Of a DNA stretch of 64,000 nt, positions 59,901 to 64,000 are shown in pieces. Numbering within the stretch: the first letter of the stretch is position 1; the number at the start of each line of letters is the position of its first letter. This DNA comes from Anaeromyxobacteraceae bacterium. GTDB taxonomy: Bacteria > Myxococcota > Myxococcia > Myxococcales > Anaeromyxobacteraceae. The notes beneath the pieces are model-generated. The model was not told the origin of the DNA. It searched no databases and saw only the letters and a program-made list of their open reading frames with translations. Location: positions 768,001-832,000 of the forward strand of contig JAULAX010000015.1 of the NCBI GenBank assembly GCA_032654565.1, written 5' to 3'. A program made the translations under genes and the position numbers.

Positions 59901-62642
59901 CGCCTCCAGGTGCCGGCCGGCGCGGGTCAGGGCCTCGAGCTGCCCGGCCGGGTCGCCGCTCTGCTCCAGCGCCCCGACCAGCACGTCGCCGGCCTCGCGC
60001 TCGCCGGCCTCCAGCGCCCGCTCGGCGTGGGCCCGCGCCGACGGGGCCTCGCCGGCCGCCAGGGCGGCCCGCGCCGCGCGCAGCTCCAGCGCCCCGGCGT
60101 CGGCCGGCCCGCTGGCCAGCGCCGTGCGCAGCGCCCCCATCACCCGGTGGTGGTCGCCGACCCGCTCGGCCAGCGTCGCCTCCAGCCGCGGCAGCGAGGG
60201 ATCGCCCGGGCTGAGGGCGCGGGCCTCGTCGAGCGCGGTGAGCGCCAGCGCCGGGTCGCCCTCCGCCAGCAGCTCGGCCCGCTCGCGCCAGGCCGCGGCG
60301 GCCGCGCTCCGGTCGCCGGCGGCGAGGGCCGCCTGCGCCACCTCGGCCAGCAGGGCGGCCAGGGCCGGGCCATCGCCGGAGCGGCGCGCCAGCCCGGCGG
60401 CCTCGGCCAGCCGCTGCCGCGAGGGCTCGGCCCGTCGGGCGGCGCCGATGGCACGAGCCGCGGCGGAGAGGTCGCCGGCCCGGGCGCTGGCGGCCGCCAG
60501 GCGGTCGAGGATCGTGGCCTCCTCGGCCCGGTCCCGGGCCAGCGGCACCAGCTTGAGGAGCACGTCGCGCTCGGCGGGGCCGTCGCCGCGGGCCTGGGCC
60601 GCGGCCGCCAGCCCCTCGATGGCCGGCCGGCAGGCGGGGTCGAGCTGCAGCGCCGCGGCGTAGCGGTCCACCGCCAGGTCGGGGCGGCCCAGCGGCCCCC
60701 GGGCCAGGTCGCCGGCCTCGGCCAGCAGGGCGGCGCGGGCCGGCGGCGCCGCGGTGAGCGGGGCCAGCCGGTCGAGGGCGTGGAGCAGCTGGGCGTGGCG
60801 GCCGAGGCGGCGGTGGAGCGCCGCCAGGCGGGTGAGCTGGGCGGCGTCGAGCGGCGCCGTGGCCTGGGCCGCCTCGAGGTGGGTGGCGGCGCCGGCCTGG
60901 TCGTCGAGGTGGCGCTCGGCCACCTCGGCCAGGGCCAGGTGGTGGGCCGCGGCCAGCGCCCCGGCCCCGGGCGCGGTCCGGTCGAGCACCGCCAGCGCCG
61001 CGGCGTGGTGGTCGGCGGCCTCGGCCCAGCGCCCCAGCCGCTCGGCGCAGCCGGCCGCCAGCCGGTGGGCCTCGGCGGCGCGCGGGCCGAGCTCGGCCGC
61101 CTCGCGGTAGCGGAGCAGGGCGTTCTCGACGTGGCCGAGCCGCGACTCCCAGGTGGCGCCCGCCTCGAGCGCCAGGGCCACGGCCCCGGCCAGGTCGCCG
61201 GAGCGGCGCCTGAGCGCCGAGAGCCGGTCGAGGGCGCCGACGGCGCGCAGGTGCTCGCCGGCGTCGGCGCAGGCGCGGGCCAGCGCCGAGAGCGACTCGG
61301 CGTCGTCGGGGGCGAGGCGCAGGGCCCGGTCGAGGTGGAGCCGGGCGCCGGGCGGATCGCTGGCCAGCAGCAGCTCGCCCAGCTCGGCGTGGGCGCGCGC
61401 CTTCTCGAGGTCGGTGGGGGCGTAGGCCAGCACGCGGCGCGCCGCCCGGATCTGCGCCCCCTTGTCGCCGCGGGCCCGGGCCAGGGACCGCAGGGCCCGC
61501 AGCGCCGGGAGGTGGTCGCGCCGGGCGGCCAGGGCCGCGTCGACGGCCCGCGCCAGCAGCTCGTCGTCGACGCCGGGGAGCGAGAGCACCGCCTCGGCGG
61601 CCGCCACCGCCGCCAGCCGCTCGCCCGCCGCCACCGCCGCCTCGGCCAGCGCCACCAGCGCCGCGGCCGCGCGGGCGTGCTCGCCGCGGGCGGTGCGGAC
61701 CCAGGCCTCGGCGGCCAGCGCCGGGGCGAAGCCGGGGCGTCGCTGCAGCCAGCCGGCGGCCAGGTCGAGCGCCTCGTCGTGGAACCGCTCGTCGGCGCAG
61801 AGCAGCGAGAGCAGCCGGTCGGCGGCGAAGGGGTGGGTGGTGGGCGCCGCCGAGCCCAGCCAGGCCTCCCGGGCCGCGGACCAGTCGCCGGCGGCGGTGA
61901 GCGCCTCGGCCTCGGCGAAGGCGCGCGATCCCTCCAGCGCCGACAGCAGGTCGGCGTCGCCGGCGGCGGGTGGCGGGGCCTGGGTCTCGCGGGCCCAGGC
62001 GAGGAGGACGCCGGTGGGGGCCACCACCGCGGCGGCCAGCCGGACGCCCCCCTCCCGCGGCACCTTCCAGCCGCGGCTGACCAGCAGCCGGCGCGCCAGC
62101 AGGGGGAGGGGATCGTCGGGGAGGCCGAGGGAGGAGAGGGCGCGGGCGGCCAGGTGGGGCAGGGCGGCGGCCGGGAGCGGCGACGGGCCGTAGAGCCGCG
62201 GCGCGTAGGGCACCACCGCCACGCCGCGCTCGAAGCCGGGGAGCAGGCCGAGCCGCAGCGAGAAGGCCGGACCGCTGGCCAGCCGGCCGCCCACCTCGGC
62301 GAAGCCGTCGCGCAGGGCCACCTCCAGCGAGGCCAGGCCCAGCTCGCCGAGGTCGAGCCGCGCCACGGCGGCCGTCACCGCGGCCTGGTCGATCCGGACG
62401 GTGAGGGCGTCGAGGTCGCAGAGCCGGTGGCGGAACTGGGCCGGGCCTCCGCCGGCGTCGAAGGGGAGGGCGATGTCCGGCACCTTGAGATCGAGGTGCT
62501 CGACCAGCAGGCCGGCCATGGCGGCAGGCGCGCCGAGGCGGACGTGGGCGCCGCCTCTCTCGAGGCGGAGCTCGAAGCCGTTTCCGGTCCGGGTCCCGGC
62601 GGCTGGTGAGGCCGTCGAGGCGGTGGGGTCGACCTCCGCCAT
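53979..62642 (-). CDS. Giant TPR/alpha-solenoid-like protein (2887 aa) with acidic Pro/Glu linker
   Basis: GC3-biased long ORF; repeated ALxxxP...A helical units; Pro/Glu-rich repeat block; globular N- and C-termini. Confidence 0.8.
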   Translation of the reverse strand: MAEVDPTASTASPAAGTRTGNGFELRLERGGAHVRLGAPAAMAGLLVEHLDLKVPDIALPFDAGGGPAQFRHRLCDLDALTVRIDQAAVTAAVARLDLGELGLASLEVALRDGFAEVGGRLASGPAFSLRLGLLPGFERGVAVVPYAPRLYGPSPLPAAALPHLAARALSSLGLPDDPLPLLARRLLVSRGWKVPREGGVRLAAAVVAPTGVLLAWARETQAPPPAAGDADLLSALEGSRAFAEAEALTAAGDWSAAREAWLGSAAPTTHPFAADRLLSLLCADERFHDEALDLAAGWLQRRPGFAPALAAEAWVRTARGEHARAAAALVALAEAAVAAGERLAAVAAAEAVLSLPGVDDELLARAVDAALAARRDHLPALRALRSLARARGDKGAQIRAARRVLAYAPTDLEKARAHAELGELLLASDPPGARLHLDRALRLAPDDAESLSALARACADAGEHLRAVGALDRLSALRRRSGDLAGAVALALEAGATWESRLGHVENALLRYREAAELGPRAAEAHRLAAGCAERLGRWAEAADHHAAALAVLDRTAPGAGALAAAHHLALAEVAERHLDDQAGAATHLEAAQATAPLDAAQLTRLAALHRRLGRHAQLLHALDRLAPLTAAPPARAALLAEAGDLARGPLGRPDLAVDRYAAALQLDPACRPAIEGLAAAAQARGDGPAERDVLLKLVPLARDRAEEATILDRLAAASARAGDLSAAARAIGAARRAEPSRQRLAEAAGLARRSGDGPALAALLAEVAQAALAAGDRSAAAAAWRERAELLAEGDPALALTALDEARALSPGDPSLPRLEATLAERVGDHHRVMGALRTALASGPADAGALELRAARAALAAGEAPSARAHAERALEAGEREAGDVLVGALEQSGDPAGQLEALTRAGRHLEAAALAERLGDRPGAVRSLERAAEARETGGEALRHLLRLHAAAGDARAAAAALLTAAARTGGQEGAALAWRAFSLTGDTSALDLAAQSDPGFAPARAERAARRAADDAAGALADAEAALAGQGLDAARRPELLRLAAALAERTGERELARRRLAAYAQTGNPTSSELAHLAGLHREANDLDGLATTLVRLASSTPVGEALHVHRDLAALLARIGREPEAMESWRAVLRFDPIALEPLRALLAPGRAALLHDGEREPLLRTLAAHDGAGEEERVEAWEAVALLRQAAGDPVGAAEARGEAARLRGDDGEGLERRAQEAIAAGDHPGAARLLLERARLALAAAEAGAAERLAEAGLALVEAGLVTDGEATLREALELDPEPERARGALTSLLGLAVARSDAAAEAEALAALAPLVPAGERPDLLLRLAVLRAGAGDAAGAAQAAEQARTLAPRSLAAVRQARLAAAALGDEATVVTRLEEEARLDADQAGALLLERARLLAKQGQHQAADHAFTESLLLLPPDQGLALEQVRLRRSHLPERSASEPLERFAGRLEDPATSARAQAAAAALAWEAGDGGAALRCARRAFSRSRQTPALAGPLLGRLLYAQGSFAEALVVHRTLLEAGFPGFEEGEVVALCRQLAELASEADDPALALAAFDRLLALRPQEAAAALARSRIDPDRQRAVTALEAVAGRVRSRASRIELLAAAAEGALAELHDRRLGERLFREARAEAGDSPGLAVALERRRVEATRQGGLGPEALLGALHEAAETARSAGDADAAQLLLEEAVAEQRRRGMRRGAADDLLALEALLAERGAGGAAAVRAREAAELLAEAGDPSAVAVMRRALERDPGDPAGLRRLVAMEAHFDPAAAEATLRQALAEQPGDPAIEATLLGLLDREGREEARARLLLDRARRQADPAARAGLRREAARLLASTGRPDDAALAADTLLAVTTDLPADGGALREAATALLGCGRAPEAIPLLAAALRSSPDDEALARLLVQAGGVRPPRSTAPVADSIEAAFSLPDPVVEPFGAPRYQPIVGPMTLEFPPLERPASEPTELEPSAPEPGTVEPEPQVVELQEGGEAEAMPPAGLEPQVVELQEAGEAAAAPVEREPEHEPEHEFEHEFEPLTVPVPERLAATVPATDFEPIVGPMTLEFPALERPVNEPTTPEAADHEPPVAESAAFDTEPVATEPTPRPEPESVPFDAEPTPRPGPEPVRLDVESPVAGSVSLEAEPAVADPAPEPGPEPEPVHFDPEPAVADPLAEAHDLARLAEAATDPAARAAAWLASAGAARRAGLAIEEVRLAIALACEAEPDAPAPWLALAELELASGDPVEAARAHLAVSIRTEGPAAAEAALVAARLFLEQGRPPDAVRALRAAALGEPSSVPAELVQAAEGLASGWPEAAAGLLARLDHGALSDAAHAVHVQLWQLVAGSAAAAPEHDLGIALDPTTEPAPTEEAPPAEPDPAGAAWSFEDGDLDDFTVTLEGAEPLASLETTASPVLPEPSLLAGPELPAEAGSLADTMAALEVGGPDPVEPDPIVLHLRAEADGSTGADRAAALERLAGLLERQGDLGGAADALLEALAADAERELTWGWLDALVAGDAGREARVAALRASLAAAPPAAEPPTEALERALAAARQDPSDVEALLAVAALAREVATGDAPADQDRLSELARLATSIAAFVAPERAPAPEPPPFAAALSPATRDRAALPEAVGPLGTLLALLTPHLEPLFPADLQRRGATVADRLVAPRAPEVREPLEIASVLLSARDHATFLVDRPGAQVAIENTRPPALIVPAGFADLPLGARHFLAVRAFDQLERGGALVGKFAPRDVGILLELACRFAGGQPPSLGLPAARAGDFLSAMARGVPPVLAARVASLGPPAADELAGTELSALAAALQRTSARVALLATGDPAGAFTALLATDPPAQPLTGAEALRIPALWELATLALSDAFLDLRVAVVR
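56403..56786. repeat. Intragenic duplications within the giant gene
   Basis: ~50-bp unit encoding PIVGPMTLEFPxLERP at 56403 and 56736; identical 28-bp unit (EPQVVELQE) at 56588 and 56651; EPEH/EFEH microrepeats. Confidence 0.85.
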
Positions 62643-62854
62643 GCGTCCGAAATCCTAGCGGGAAATGGGCGTGGGCGCGAAAAAGCGCCCACCGATCCGT
62701 GCCCGGGAGGCGCTATCGCCCCAATCGCGTCGGCGCCGGCCTCTGGTGGCGCCGACGCAAGCCTGGTGCAGTCCTCCAGCCGAGGAGCACGGTCCTGAAA
62801 GAGCAGATCGCATGGCTCGTGCTTCTACGTTGCGCGCCCTGAAGGGCGCGCGAT

Positions 62855-64000
62855 TCACGGCTTGCCGGTGGCCGCCTTGTGGGCGTTGTTCCCCTCGGCC
62901 ACGTTGGCGCCTCCCTTGCGGAAGATCACCACCGAGCGGCGCGACTGCAGCTCCTGGTCCTCGCGGGCGAAGACCGTCACCACGTTCTGCCCCGGCTTGA
63001 GCGGCAGGTCGGTGGTGAAGTCGAGCCGCCCCCGGGTGCTGGCCGAGCCGTTGGCGGCGTCGGGCACCACGCGGAAGAAGACCTTCTCGTCGTTGACGAA
63101 GACGTAGACGTCGCGGAGGCGGGCGTCGGGATCGGCCGAGGGGGGCAGCAGCGCCGAGCCGGCGAGCCTGAAGGTGTCGGCCTCGACCACCGGCGCGCCG
63201 CGGGCCGGGTCGGGCGACAGGGTGATGCGCGGCGGCTCGTGCTGCCAGGCCTCGACGGCGCCGCCGGTGCCGGGCGAGCGGCTGGTGGTCACGTCGGCGC
63301 TGGCCACGAAGCCGAAGCGGCCCCGGGTCCACTCCACCCGGCGGAAGCCGTTGGCGGAGCCGGTGAGCGGCAGGACCAGCCCCTTCCTGGCGGTGGCCAC
63401 CACCCCGGCAGTGGCGCTGGCGCCGCCGCGGATGACCACCTCGGCCCCCTCGACGCGGACCCCGCCCGACTCCACGGCCACCTTCTCCGAGCCCGGGGCG
63501 ACCGGCAGGTCGAGCTTCTGCGACAGGTACTCCCCGCTCTTCTCGTCGATGACCTGGACCCGGAAGGGGAGCGAGGCGCCGGCACCCGGCTTGAGCTCGA
63601 TCTCCATGGAGGCGGCGCGGCTCTCGCCCGGCTTGAGCGCCCCCACCACCTCCCGCCCCTTCTTGATGAAGAGCTTCTCGTCGCCGAGGTTCTTGAGGAG
63701 CACGTAGGTCTTGTCGCCGCTCACCCCCGGGCCGACGTTGCGGACGTCGATGCGGACGGTGAAGGTCTCGCCGCGGGCCGGCAGGCCGTCGCCGTTTCCA
63801 CCCTTGCGGTCGTCCACCTGCAGGCTGTAGGCGAAGAGCGGGCGCGGCACCTCGACCACGTCGAGCGAGGTGAGCACGTCGGCCGGGGCCTTGCCCTGGT
63901 CGTCCTCGAAGTGGAAGGTCACCTCGTCGCGGCGGCTGTCGAAGCTGCGCGGCAGCTTGAGCGGCACCGACCAGCTCTTCCGCTCGCCGGGGCGGACGGT
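62855..64000 (-). CDS. C-terminal part of a large secreted protein, probably a myxobacterial carboxyl-terminal (S41) protease; 5' end outside the window
   Basis: Open to the window edge; PRPLFAYS..GNGDG, Ig/CARDB-like and SH3-like segments, LKPGQNVVTVFARE; catalytic domain not visible. Confidence 0.6.
   Translation of the reverse strand, partial: TVRPGERKSWSVPLKLPRSFDSRRDEVTFHFEDDQGKAPADVLTSLDVVEVPRPLFAYSLQVDDRKGGNGDGLPARGETFTVRIDVRNVGPGVSGDKTYVLLKNLGDEKLFIKKGREVVGALKPGESRAASMEIELKPGAGASLPFRVQVIDEKSGEYLSQKLDLPVAPGSEKVAVESGGVRVEGAEVVIRGGASATAGVVATARKGLVLPLTGSANGFRRVEWTRGRFGFVASADVTTSRSPGTGGAVEAWQHEPPRITLSPDPARGAPVVEADTFRLAGSALLPPSADPDARLRDVYVFVNDEKVFFRVVPDAANGSASTRGRLDFTTDLPLKPGQNVVTVFAREDQELQSRRSVVIFRKGGANVAEGNNAHKAATGKP

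Noticed and set aside
53811..62609. 2932-aa plus-strand ORF and other very long antisense or alternative-frame ORFs (e.g. 1530-4373, 8031-10247, 13632-16517)
   Set aside because: Shadow ORFs expected at very high GC; they overlap motif-bearing genes and have Arg/Gly/Pro-rich, featureless translations.

Overview
Very GC-rich bacterial chromosomal segment; gene content and style suggest a myxobacterial, Anaeromyxobacter-like deltaproteobacterium (inference). It carries a KinB/AlgB-like sigma54 two-component pair, a complete phosphate-starvation locus (phoB, phoR, porin, pstSCAB, phoU) with four 11-bp-periodic Pho-box-like arrays, two paralogous THUMP RNA methyltransferases, a GGDEF protein and an MshEN protein, a flavoprotein/DUF1365/cfa-like lipid-modification trio, an ABC-F ATPase, and a DTW tRNA-modification protein with an exonuclease-like tail. 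It also holds a TatT-associated TRAP transporter split by an intact IS630 inserted in the tatT stop codon, msrPQ, a DUF429-like/UDG pair, rpe-rsmB-fmt, an orphan gamma-class DNA methyltransferase, ddpX, fdhD, a transposase remnant ahead of a collagen-like lipoprotein, queC, a 2887-aa TPR-like protein and the 3' part of a putative C-terminal protease. The most unusual region is an HUH/RAYT-type gene (27990-28874). It is bracketed by inverted repeats, preceded by a sigma54-like promoter and tandem direct repeats, and followed by a hairpin-rich tract; copies of its end motif occur at two other sites in the window. Many genes appear leaderless. No tRNA, rRNA or CRISPR array was seen. All calls rest on motif recognition by eye, without database searches.
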